A stretch of DNA of 36,849 bases, from contig MRSU01011590.1 in assembly GCA_008369845.1 (NCBI GenBank), forward strand, positions 1-36,849, given 5' to 3'. This DNA comes from Trichomonas gallinae (taxonomy: Eukaryota). A program made the translations under genes and the position numbers. The notes beneath the pieces are model-generated. The model was not told the DNA's origin, did not search any database, and was given only the letters and a program-made list of their open reading frames with translations. Each line of letters opens with the position of its first letter. The stretch's first letter is position 1. This document shows, in pieces, positions 1 through 9,099 of the stretch.

Positions 1-73
1 TTTTGGAAAAGGTGACAAATTTGATAACCTCATAGAATCAATTGATAGTTTACAAAACGGTTAGAACGGTCCC
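1..73. mobile_element. Right end of a MITE-like element, truncated by the window edge
   Basis: About 6-73 is a close but imperfect direct copy of about 250-315. It ends ...GTTTACAAAACGGTTAGAACGGTCCC immediately before TTAA (74-77). Confidence 0.55.
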
Positions 74-77
74 TTAA

Positions 78-315
78 GGGAACGATTCTAACCGTTTTTG
101 TAAACTTTACCATAGCTCGATATCTACTCTATAGTTTGCAAATCCTAAGCGACAATATATTGTATTAATGTGTATATATTTTATATGACTCATTAAAAAC
201 ATATATCAGAAAACTATTTCTCAAGATATTCATGGATTTATATATTTACAAAAAGTGACAATTTGATAACTTCAAAGAATCAATTGAAAGTCTACAAAAC
301 GCTTAGAACAGTCCT
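78..315. mobile_element. ~238-bp non-autonomous DNA transposon (MITE), Kolobok-like termini and TTAA target
   Basis: Left TIR GGGAACGATTCTAACCGTTTTTGTAAACTTT (78-108) is an imperfect reverse complement of the right end AAAGTCTACAAAACGCTTAGAACAGTCCT (287-315). Flanks are TTAA (74-77) and TTAT (316-319). The interior is AT-rich with no ORF. Confidence 0.6.
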
Positions 316-555
316 TTATCGATTATGGAAAATAAAAGTGACATTTATCTATTAGCAAAATTAACTGGATTTTGACGAAATAATAACAATAACTTTATTC
401 ATACATAAATCGTATTCTCACTCTTCGGAAAGGTTCGTTTCCTCTTCATTTGCTTGAACAAAAGCAGCAATAACTTTGTTGTTGTAATAACTAAAGTTTA
501 TCACAACAATTGATGCCGCTTTTTTTTTTATTTTTGAGAAGCAAGAATAAATGAG

Positions 556-1125
556 ATGCTAAACATTGGCTGGGACTTCGATTATGAAAAACGCATATCA
601 GAACTCAAGATAGCAAAATATCTTGGTGAAACCGTTCAAAAAGCTGTCAAACAAATTAAAGAATGTATTACACATGACAAGATAGTTAATGTTGTTGCTA
701 AAACAGCTCAAAAAGTTTTATCAGATGATGAATTAAAGAAATTCAAATATGAGACTCACAGATTAAATTACAAGATTGTTGAATCTCTTAATACAACTGC
801 TAAAGAAGTTTTATCGGCTGTTGAATTCGAGAAATTCGATTATGTAACGCGCAGTCCACAAGACAGGATTGCTGATTTTCTTGATGAAACAGCAAAAGAT
901 GTTTTATCACCCGATGAATTAAAGGAATATGAAGATTACAGTGATTATATTGCTAGTGTTGATCCAGGAACAAAATACCGAACAATCGAGAATATTGAAG
1001 CAACATTCGATAATGGACTTTATCAGGCTAATGAGACGCTTATGGACATTCTTAAAAGTAATGGCTTTGAAGTTTTTGATGGACAAAAATTTGCTGCTTC
1101 AATCTATTTCTCCTTTTGTCCCTGA
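556..1125 (+). CDS. Hypothetical protein (189 aa) with three tandem 31-aa helical repeats
   Basis: ATG-initiated ORF. Repeats KIV..TAQKVLSDDELKKF, KIV..TAKEVLSAVEFEKF and RIA..TAKDVLSPDELKEY stay in frame at a 93-bp period. Confidence 0.7.
   Translation: MLNIGWDFDYEKRISELKIAKYLGETVQKAVKQIKECITHDKIVNVVAKTAQKVLSDDELKKFKYETHRLNYKIVESLNTTAKEVLSAVEFEKFDYVTRSPQDRIADFLDETAKDVLSPDELKEYEDYSDYIASVDPGTKYRTIENIEATFDNGLYQANETLMDILKSNGFEVFDGQKFAASIYFSFCP
679..957 (+). repeat. Three degenerate 93-bp tandem coding repeats
   Basis: Units start at 679, 772 and 865 and share the core ACxGCxxAAxAxGTTTTATCx followed by TGAATT. Confidence 0.8.
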
Positions 1126-1305
1126 ATAAACACCTAATAATGATGATGCAACATGGATTTCATCTTGCAGAGAATTTTTTTATTATATTTGATATATTTC
1201 ACGTTTTGATGAAAGTAAGCTTGTCATAGCTCTTTCTCATTCATCAAAATACATAATCATATAGAAAATGTTTTATAAATCAATAAAAAAAATTTATAAT
1301 ATTTT

Positions 1306-3558
1306 TTATTCTTTATCGATTGATTCTGCGTAAGCTTCGTACAGTTTCTTCTGAGTTGCCGTTGAATCTTCCTGGCCTTCCTTCCAGTCTTCTAAAGCTG
1401 TCTCTTCGACGACGTCATTTTCAATAAGTTTGTTGAGAACTTTTATGAACATATCCTTTCTATCCTCGTAGTCTTGTGAGCAGTACCACTGCCACCAGTA
1501 AAGCAGATCGGCCTGGTTTTCATCAGACTCGATGAACTTGTAAAACAGGTCTCCCATCTCTTCGATCTCATCGAGGATGTTATCCCTCTTGTATTTGATG
1601 ATCATAAGAAGGATGGCAATGCCGCACGCGAGATCCTGGGCCTTCTCCTTGAGCTTGAGGCTGTTGAGCTCTGTGCCGACGTTCTCGATGCTGCCGTCCT
1701 TGTCTAGAGCACTCTTGATGAGCTCGATGGCGCGGTCAAGGAACTCCTCGCTGATTGAGATTGGGCACTCGTCATTTTCATCGCCTTCGTCCTGGTCATC
1801 GCCTTCGTATGGCTGGTCGAAGAAGTCTTCCTCTTCCATCATCTCGTCGTCGCCGCCGTTGATGATGTGCGTCTGCTCGATCGGGAAGTCGTCGTGCTTG
1901 AGGTCAAGCCACATCCTGAGGAGCGGGATTTCGTGTGTAGGAGTGGCGAAGAACTCAAAGACTTCATCATCTTGCTCTGGGAGCTCGATTGGCTGGTCGA
2001 ATTTCGAATCGCAATAGTCTGCAAGCCAGCGTGGAACATCTGGCTGCATGAAGTCCTCATCACCTGTCTGGAAGAGGCCGTCTGGTTTGAGCTCTTGAAG
2101 TCTTGTGAGTCTCCTGCATCTTGGAATGTCGCAATTAATTGTGCAGTTAAAGCCAATGATGCAGCCAAATTCGATTGTGCGGCCATCAGCAATTGTGCAG
2201 TCTGATGCAATAAGAGAATGGTCGATCTTTGTGTTTGCGCCTATAACGCATCTGTCCCAAATGACGCAATTCTCGATGACAGCGTTCTTACCGATTGTGC
2301 AGTTAGCGCCAATGACGGAATTCTTGATGATCGCGCCATCTTCGACTTTAGAATTATTATTAATAACAGAATGGCTGACTTTTGACGTGAGAGATGGGAA
2401 GACATAGTTGTAGCGATAGACGAGATCACGATAGAGCATGAATGCTGTTGAATCATCGTCTTTCTTAGAATCATCTGCAATTAACTTTGATAAGTTATCG
2501 GATGAGAATGAGTTACTTTGCTCCTCTTCCTCCTCCATCGGGAAGTCGTCGTTGAGAGCTGAGTGGCATTCTGTTGGCGGAAAGAAATTCATTTCGACTG
2601 TGACAGGATAAAGCCATCTGCGAATCATTGCGAGCGAAGTGTTGAGGTAGTCTGGGAGGTCATCGATTGTCTGTGCAAAAGAGTCCTTGCAGTATCTCAT
2701 ATGAATAACATGATTGATAAGTTCTTTGTTTTTGATCTGTGTTGGGATGCAGTCGCCACAGAAAGTCCTCCAGTCGAAGTTTTCGCCGAAATCTGGGAAC
2801 ATTTGTCCAGCGCAGATGTAGATTTGAGAATCGTGGAGTCCTGTTCTAAGAAGAAGGCGAGATGTTTTCTTGAACAGCTTAGGATCGATAGATAATGAGA
2901 GTGGGCCTTCATTGAACTCGAATTCTGCTGTTGGCTTGATTTGCAAAATGCTTTGGTCTTCTCCTTCGATGATGTTATAGGTGTTATACTTGCCCTGTGT
3001 GAACACGCATGTTGCGACGAGCTCACCGTGATCGATTTTAGCAGCCTTGTTGATCTTCTGGTCGACAAATGTAGAAATGTGCTGGTCAACGATTTCTTTC
3101 AGCTTGACGTTTGTTACGAGAGTGCCTGGAACAACGATGCAATGCTTGAAGCCGTTGTTTTGCTGATTCCACTTGTCTATTACTCTCATGCAATCTCCAA
3201 CACAAGTAATTTCATCTCTTGATTCGACGATTGTGATATTATTCATCATCATGCGTGCTGTGCATAATGATGTGACGCGCTGAATTTGTTTCTTGTCGTT
3301 TGGTCTGCATAACAAATAAATTTTATCGACGCTGTTGACGCTGAGCCAGTTGAGAACATAGAGGAGAACCGGGGAGCCGCAAAGCGGGAACAAACAAGGT
3401 GGAAGCTCGCCGTTAATAGGTGACATCGTGCATGCGTAAGGATGGCACATAACGAAGGCGACAGTTCTTTCACGCTCCTCGTTCTCGAGGCGGAGGCGCT
3501 CTACGAGTGCAGCGTTTTTCTTCTGTGACTCCTGTTGCTGCGGTTTCTTCGGAGGCAT
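1306..3558 (-). CDS. EIF2B5: Translation initiation factor eIF2B epsilon subunit (GCD6 homolog)
   Basis: N-terminal pyrophosphorylase-like domain (PPCLFPLCGSPVLLYVLNWL), RRWLYPVTVEMNF motif, left-handed beta-helix hexapeptides (IKNSVIGANCTIGKNAVIENCVIWDRCVIG), acidic linker and C-terminal W2 domain (LIENDVVEETALEDW). Start placed at MPPKK (3558); the upstream in-frame extension is AT-rich and promoter-like. Confidence 0.9.
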   Translation of the reverse strand: MPPKKPQQQESQKKNAALVERLRLENEERERTVAFVMCHPYACTMSPINGELPPCLFPLCGSPVLLYVLNWLSVNSVDKIYLLCRPNDKKQIQRVTSLCTARMMMNNITIVESRDEITCVGDCMRVIDKWNQQNNGFKHCIVVPGTLVTNVKLKEIVDQHISTFVDQKINKAAKIDHGELVATCVFTQGKYNTYNIIEGEDQSILQIKPTAEFEFNEGPLSLSIDPKLFKKTSRLLLRTGLHDSQIYICAGQMFPDFGENFDWRTFCGDCIPTQIKNKELINHVIHMRYCKDSFAQTIDDLPDYLNTSLAMIRRWLYPVTVEMNFFPPTECHSALNDDFPMEEEEEQSNSFSSDNLSKLIADDSKKDDDSTAFMLYRDLVYRYNYVFPSLTSKVSHSVINNNSKVEDGAIIKNSVIGANCTIGKNAVIENCVIWDRCVIGANTKIDHSLIASDCTIADGRTIEFGCIIGFNCTINCDIPRCRRLTRLQELKPDGLFQTGDEDFMQPDVPRWLADYCDSKFDQPIELPEQDDEVFEFFATPTHEIPLLRMWLDLKHDDFPIEQTHIINGGDDEMMEEEDFFDQPYEGDDQDEGDENDECPISISEEFLDRAIELIKSALDKDGSIENVGTELNSLKLKEKAQDLACGIAILLMIIKYKRDNILDEIEEMGDLFYKFIESDENQADLLYWWQWYCSQDYEDRKDMFIKVLNKLIENDVVEETALEDWKEGQEDSTATQKKLYEAYAESIDKE

Positions 3559-4444
3559 CAAAAAAATTTTGTCCCTGCGAATTCCAAAATTTTCTCTTTT
3601 GGCTTCGTTTTTGATATTTATACAACAAAACAAGAAACTTTTACCAATAAAGTTTGGCCAAATATCAAAATATTTCATTTTGAATTTTTTTTCTTTGAGT
3701 TTGGATCAAATTAAGCGAATGATTATGTCTTATATCCATTTTAAAGCTTTATTTTGCAATATTTTTTCATTTTCAAAATTTTTTTGTTCGACCAAAAAGT
3801 AGGGGGTGACACCAACCAAATAAATTCTATCGTTTAGCTATAAATAAACCAACAAAAAGGATATTTCATAGATATATTATTTATAGGATTAAATCTATAT
3901 ATATAATTGGTGATAATACTGCTTGTTATGATACCTATATAATTGTTGTCATAATATAGTTCTTGTCAAGTCATCTTCAGTGTTTGCTTCAACGAAATTG
4001 TCATCATATGATCAAACAATTGTCAAGAAATAGACTTAACAAAATAGAATTTATTAGTTAATATCTATTCCAAGAACAGTGAAAATGAGTATGACAATAA
4101 CATGACGACCATTTACTGAAGCACAAATCAAAGCTGCAAAATCGTTGGAGATGGGCTTTTCGTAGTCATCTACTCCAGGAACAAAGAGTAGCTTGATACA
4201 TAGGAATTGGCCATTAAAATATCGAAAGTTCTATGAAAGATATAAACAATTTTTACAAACTTTATACTCGTTTTTCAATTGTTGTTATCATGTTAGTTAG
4301 ATCAAAGACAAACCATTTCTGAGAAATATATTTAACAAAAACATTAATTATAAAAGAACATATTCGAATTACCAATGTTGCAGTTATAAAATTTCAAAAA
4401 TAAAATATAATGATGTAGTGGTTTGATAATATGTTGATAAATTT

Positions 4445-4449
4445 TCATT
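4445..4449 (+). promoter_or_regulatory. Initiator (Inr) TCATT upstream of Trm11
   Basis: Matches the trichomonad Inr consensus and ends 8 nt before ATG 4458. Confidence 0.55.
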
Positions 4450-4457
4450 TTACTAAA

Positions 4458-5756
4458 ATGCATAATTATATAATTCACACATCATCAAGATTACCAACGT
4501 TTACAGTATCTAATTTGTTAAATACGGCACTTTCACATGGTGTAAGCATCAAAACAGCAGAAGATTCCTTAAAAATCGGCGTCGCTCCAAATTCTGCATT
4601 TCTAAATTTTAAATTTGCAACAGATGAAGACGCAAAACTCATTGCATCGAAATCTATTGTAGTCAAATCGATATCAAAACATATATTTACAGCTTCCAGC
4701 TGGGAAGAAATTCTCGAATTTGCTAATAAATACGAGCATTCATATAACAACGGAAGTTTTGCCATTAGAATTGAAACATACAACAAAAAACTACAACAAG
4801 ATCAGCAAATGCCATACATCAACCAATTAATTTCAGCATTGAAATTAAATTCCAAAGTCGATATCAAAAATCCAGACACGAAGATCATGATTTTCATGGA
4901 TTTCGTAGACAGTACATCAGAAAAACCACACAGAATACAATTAGCTACTTATTTAGGCGAAGGAAATTTCGAATTTCCAGACAAATTCACGTTGAAAAAG
5001 CGAAAATTCATCAACAAAACATCCATGGAGTCAACACTTGCACTTCACTCAGCAGTGCATGGACTTGCAGGCCCAGGGAGACTGATTTACGACCCGTTTT
5101 GTGGTTCTTGTTCTATCTTGGTTGCCGCGGCTTCTCTTGGCTCTCTTGTTGTCGGCAGCGACCTTGATGTGAAGGCGATGACAGAGCAGGGGTACAAAGA
5201 AGAGAAGGACATCTCCATACGCGCAAACTTCGTCCAGTATGAACTGGAATCACGTTTAATTGGTGTCGCAAGAACGAATTTTTTGGAGGATAGATTAGTT
5301 CCTAAAAATCTCGACGCGATTGTCACAGATCCTCCTTATGGCATTCGCGAGAAGATTGTCGCAGAGAGTGGCTTATCTCCCCTTCATCCTCTTCTCTTGC
5401 ATTTATACGAATTCGCGTCAAAACACTTGAAAATAGGAGGAAGACTTGTTTACTGGCTTCCCTGTGGATATGATTTGGACGTCGACAGAGATTTGCCGAA
5501 AATTTCTACCATGAAAGTTGTGTCCAACTGCCAGCAGTACTTGAATAGCAGATACTGCAGGCATCTGATTACACTAGAGAAGACAAATGACGATGAAAAC
5601 GCGAAAGTTGTTTTTAATAATTACGAAGCATCATGGCTAAAAGTCCACGACATAGTTTTCAAACCAAATGAAGAGAAAGACAGACATGTAAGAAAGAAGC
5701 TGTTAAAAGCGCAGGGAAAACGCAAAGAGAATCTCAATCTTCAAGAAACTGCATAA
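4458..5756 (+). CDS. TRM11: tRNA (guanine(10)-N2)-methyltransferase Trm11 homolog
   Basis: THUMP-like N-terminal region, LKKRKFINKTSM, SAM-binding motif IYDPFCGSCSIL, catalytic DAIVTDPPYGIRE and LKIGGRLVYWLP. Start MHNY follows an Inr. Confidence 0.9.
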   Translation: MHNYIIHTSSRLPTFTVSNLLNTALSHGVSIKTAEDSLKIGVAPNSAFLNFKFATDEDAKLIASKSIVVKSISKHIFTASSWEEILEFANKYEHSYNNGSFAIRIETYNKKLQQDQQMPYINQLISALKLNSKVDIKNPDTKIMIFMDFVDSTSEKPHRIQLATYLGEGNFEFPDKFTLKKRKFINKTSMESTLALHSAVHGLAGPGRLIYDPFCGSCSILVAAASLGSLVVGSDLDVKAMTEQGYKEEKDISIRANFVQYELESRLIGVARTNFLEDRLVPKNLDAIVTDPPYGIREKIVAESGLSPLHPLLLHLYEFASKHLKIGGRLVYWLPCGYDLDVDRDLPKISTMKVVSNCQQYLNSRYCRHLITLEKTNDDENAKVVFNNYEASWLKVHDIVFKPNEEKDRHVRKKLLKAQGKRKENLNLQETA

Positions 5757-5845
5757 GTTTATATTGTTATGAATAAAGTTAACTATCATGTAAATCAATT
5801 TTATCAAGTTCATTTTAGGTTTGCAAATTCAAATAATTAGATTAG

Positions 5846-6931
5846 TTGTTATTTTGCCATCATTTTTTTTTTATTTCAGAGAAAAAAGTCGTAATTTGGC
5901 ATATTATAAAATTAACAGTTTCTAGATGTGAAGTATCAAATTCGTGGTTTGAATTCTATGGGAACACACAGAACGAACCCCTCCCAAACCAGAATTCAAT
6001 CATCGAGAGAACCATATCGAACAATTTCTATGCCTATGACTCGAATTTCGTTGATCTCGATCAGCGAGGTGCCATCAGACTAACATTATCCTCAGATTCG
6101 ATATGCATCCTCATTGAATCATCCACATTCAAAGGCTGTTGCTCTGGGTCATTATCTGGAGGATCACTTTGTTTTGATTCAAACAAAGGCCAAATTGTTA
6201 TGAACAAGATATGCATCAGCAAATCTTATTCATCTGGAACTGGAGTTTCAATATTTTCGCGTGCTGGTCAATCTCCTTCGTATAAAAATTATTTTTTATA
6301 CTCATCTGTTTCTTTTTGTGGTAATGATTTGAATACTGGACATGAAAATATTGATTTTGGATGTGGCCTACAAGATATTACATTTTCCAATGTATCTAAT
6401 AATGTTTGTAATGGATATTCTTCTTATGTTCTTCTTGGTTCATCTGGAAAACATGGGATTTCATATTCATCAATCAGAAACAACAGCAACTCTCAAAACT
6501 ATTTCACATGGCATTCAAATTCAAGGTCATCAAATGATCCTTGCATTATAAAATCATGCAATTTCATAGGAAATCCTCAATGTGCAAATGCGGTATTTTA
6601 TTTTCATAATAATGATGCAGCAATTGATTCATGTTCGATATTAAACAATGCTGCAACATATACATTTTTTGTTGATACGAGTGGCAAAACAGTCACAGTT
6701 TCTAATTGTTATTCTGATTCAGAATCGAAAACAGGACCTGGAAATCTCATCATTCAAAACACTGTAAAAGATAAAAGCATTGTTCCACTCAGTCAAAAAT
6801 CATCAGGAAACTGCATAATCGTTGTTATTAATAATCAAAACGTCCAATGTCAATGCACTATCATCCAATATAATATCTATTTTAATTTCCTGAATAGCAG
6901 AACAATTAACATTTTGATTCTATTAAAATGA
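5846..6931 (+). CDS. Ser/Asn/Cys-rich putative beta-helix protein of an expanded trichomonad hypothetical family; no N-terminal ATG (possible pseudogene)
   Basis: Open frame of 361 codons with repeating beta-helix-like motifs (ILIESSTFKGC..GGSLCF, SSVSFC, SNVSNN, SSIRNN, SCNFIGN, SCSILNN). The first in-frame ATG is far downstream at about 6200. Confidence 0.6.
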   Translation: MLFCHHFFFISEKKVVIWHIIKLTVSRCEVSNSWFEFYGNTQNEPLPNQNSIIERTISNNFYAYDSNFVDLDQRGAIRLTLSSDSICILIESSTFKGCCSGSLSGGSLCFDSNKGQIVMNKICISKSYSSGTGVSIFSRAGQSPSYKNYFLYSSVSFCGNDLNTGHENIDFGCGLQDITFSNVSNNVCNGYSSYVLLGSSGKHGISYSSIRNNSNSQNYFTWHSNSRSSNDPCIIKSCNFIGNPQCANAVFYFHNNDAAIDSCSILNNAATYTFFVDTSGKTVTVSNCYSDSESKTGPGNLIIQNTVKDKSIVPLSQKSSGNCIIVVINNQNVQCQCTIIQYNIYFNFLNSRTINILILLK

Positions 6932-7170
6932 AGCAAGAATAAAACATATTATTTCATCTTTTATACACATACATATCTTCTAATGATAAATGTATTTGAA
7001 TATATCCATATTGATGAATGAATATTGTTGAATTTTGAAATAGATGATTAATGTAATCAGATGAAGATGAAACTGATGCAATATAAGTATTATGTAGAAC
7101 ACACTTATATACACATAATAAAAAGTATATGGCTAAGATAGAGATTTTTTTTGCCATGTAAATCTATATA

Positions 7171-7178
7171 AAAGTGAC
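7171..7178 (+). promoter_or_regulatory. M2 core-promoter motif AAAGTGAC
   Basis: Exact motif ending 10 nt before ATG 7189. Confidence 0.6.
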
Positions 7179-7188
7179 AGCAAGTAAA

Positions 7189-8280
7189 ATGAGTAAGCAA
7201 TCTTATGATCTTCCAGAGTCTGTCTGGCAGAAATGGACAGGCCAAGAATATGACGGACTTCGCCAGGCTGTTTTAGTTTTTGGCGGTCAAATCAGAAAAG
7301 AAGCAGTGATTACTTCTTTTGCTGATGTTTCTATTTCTTTTCAAGAAGGCGAAACGACAAACACAGTTAAAGGCGTTCTGTACTTGACGACAAAGAGAAT
7401 CGTTTTCCTCCCTAAAAATACAATTCCGCATCCGCAGCTTATTCACGCAACATTCGAAACACTTCGATGCTTAAGTGGCATTAGAAACGATCTAATGATA
7501 TCTATATCCGATACATCCAGCGCTGCCGCTAATTTCAAGTTCCCAACAGTCAAAGCATTATTCCAGTGTTTTAATTCTTTACGCAAATTATGCGAAGCGA
7601 CAAGAGCGGACGAGGAGACATACAGAAAGACAACATACCAAATTGCTACGGCCGAAAAATTAGATGAAACACCATTTGCATCTATCGAGTGCGATTTATC
7701 CGAGTTTGATTCGACAACAAAGCTTGATATTAATGCTCCCAAGACGATAACCAAGGAGGAAGAAGCCGATGACCCACGCGCTCAACCAGTCATCGAATTA
7801 TTATCACTTGTTGGTTTATTGGCCGAAAAAATCCATCAGACGAACTTCGATATACATATTAAGTTGCGCATCCTTTTCATTGTATCATTAATCGCATTCT
7901 TACTCAAATTTATTCCATTTTTCCCGCTTACAGCTTTGACAATAATTGGAATTCAAATTATCTCAGCTTGGATCAATCTTAAGAAGGATAGACTTGATGA
8001 CGATGACATGGTCGATGCCGATGCCCAGTGGAAAGGTCATCCTGTCGAAGGATATTATAAGGTTATGAAATTCTTCGATGAATGGTTCATGTGGGCTGAC
8101 CCAAGAAAGAGTGCTTCTTTATTCCAAGCTTCTTTCATCGTTTTCGTCTCTTGGACCATTCTTCCAACATGGATTTACGCTGCTGTTATTTTCTGCGCAT
8201 TTTCATTCTTCTTAATCAAGCCTCTATTACACAGATCTGTTATTGGACATATTGTTACCGGATTTTGGTTCTCAACCTAA
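7189..8280 (+). CDS. GRAM/PH-like domain protein with C-terminal transmembrane hairpins
   Basis: GRAM-type signature VKGVLYLTTKRIVF. Hydrophobic blocks ILFIVSLIAFLLKFIPFFPLTALTIIG and FIVFVSWTILPTWIYAAVIFCAFSFFL, with W.W.DP..S before the second, as in reticulon/MCTP-like tails. Confidence 0.7.
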   Translation: MSKQSYDLPESVWQKWTGQEYDGLRQAVLVFGGQIRKEAVITSFADVSISFQEGETTNTVKGVLYLTTKRIVFLPKNTIPHPQLIHATFETLRCLSGIRNDLMISISDTSSAAANFKFPTVKALFQCFNSLRKLCEATRADEETYRKTTYQIATAEKLDETPFASIECDLSEFDSTTKLDINAPKTITKEEEADDPRAQPVIELLSLVGLLAEKIHQTNFDIHIKLRILFIVSLIAFLLKFIPFFPLTALTIIGIQIISAWINLKKDRLDDDDMVDADAQWKGHPVEGYYKVMKFFDEWFMWADPRKSASLFQASFIVFVSWTILPTWIYAAVIFCAFSFFLIKPLLHRSVIGHIVTGFWFST

Positions 8281-8566
8281 TTTATTTGTAATTTTGTATA
8301 AACTCTGTTTTTATGATGAAATCAATACTCATTTCTCTACACTCAATCGATATTTTGAATTTTGCCTATATATAGATTTGAAATTTAGTAAAAATTATCA
8401 AAATCTAAATATCTGAAATATTTCTTTGCATAATAGTGTTATTAAGGTGAATTATGTGTAACTATGGTTTATTTTTATTATAATATTGTATCATATCTAA
8501 TCTATTTCATTTTTCTCATCTTTTAATATATCCCCTGTTTTATTTTAGAAGACCCGTAATATTTTT

Positions 8567-8574
8567 GTCACTTT
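8567..8574 (+). promoter_or_regulatory. GTCACTTT (Inr TCACT overlapping an inverted M2) before the 70-aa ORF
   Basis: Motif ends 6 nt upstream of ATG 8581. Confidence 0.55.
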
Positions 8575-8580
8575 TGCATA

Positions 8581-8793
8581 ATGTCTCTTTTAGGCAAGGA
8601 GTTTGTTACTGAGTTCGGCGAGTTCGTCACATTCACGTCAGAAGATCGTGGAGATACAGAATACACAGAGCCATTCGAGGAATTCAAATCATTAAACGAA
8701 TTTCCGATACAAGAAACAAGAAATTACCAATTCATACTTGATTCTGCTAACAACATGAAAAATCAGCCGCCATCACAGCCACAGCAGCAGTAA
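8581..8793 (+). CDS. Small acidic hypothetical protein (70 aa)
   Basis: ATG preceded by an Inr, coding-like GC and codon usage (TTC, GAG, ACA) against very AT-rich flanks, and a Q/P-rich tail. Confidence 0.7.
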   Translation: MSLLGKEFVTEFGEFVTFTSEDRGDTEYTEPFEEFKSLNEFPIQETRNYQFILDSANNMKNQPPSQPQQQ

Positions 8794-9099
8794 TTCCAAA
8801 TTTTGTTCACAGAAACTAGATTTTCATCATTTGGAAATTATTTTAATGTTTTAATTCGAAAATACATGCAAAATTCTTTATTATTAGACCATGTTAATGC
8901 TATATTGTTGTTATACAGCTTTGTTTGAAAAAAATTATAAAAATCGAATATTTAATTAATTGATGCTAAAGCTATACAATCTGTACTTCTTTCTCGTTCT
9001 CTATGTAAGGTTTAGAAAAGACAAATGTATAGTTTTTAGTGCACGTTTTCTATTTTTTTTTTGAAAAAACGTGACAATAATTTTGTAAGGATTTTTCAG

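Noticed and set aside
476..509. Imperfect hairpin TTGTTGTAATAAC..GTTTATCACAACAA
   Set aside because: Short, AT-rich and imperfect; plausible by chance.
929..1129. 66-aa alternative-frame ORF with a hydrophobic start
   Set aside because: Almost entirely overlaps the 556-1125 ORF, whose in-frame repeats show it is the real frame.
1120..1170. UGA stop after Cys-Pro followed by a small hairpin (TGCAA-C-ATG..CAT-C-TTGCA): selenocysteine/SECIS idea
   Set aside because: The hairpin is too short and lacks SECIS geometry, the protein has no redox fold, and readthrough would add only three residues after the recoded UGA.
3559..3678. In-frame N-terminal extension of eIF2B-epsilon; similar extensions in the phosphatase, CK1, GRAM and small TM ORFs
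   Set aside because: AT-rich promoter-like composition and often non-ATG starts in the ORF track; downstream ATGs fit the promoter motifs and composition better.
3960..4300. Mildly coding-like intergenic stretch
   Set aside because: Stops in the frames I read and no recognisable motif; too weak to call a pseudogene.
6954..7157. 67-aa minus-strand ORF
   Set aside because: Very AT-rich, fills a spacer, and shows no motif or coding bias.
9085..9099. GTAAGG..TTTCAG mini-intron-like sequence before the phosphatase ATG
   Set aside because: Only 15 nt and lacks the trichomonad CTAAC branch/3' motif.
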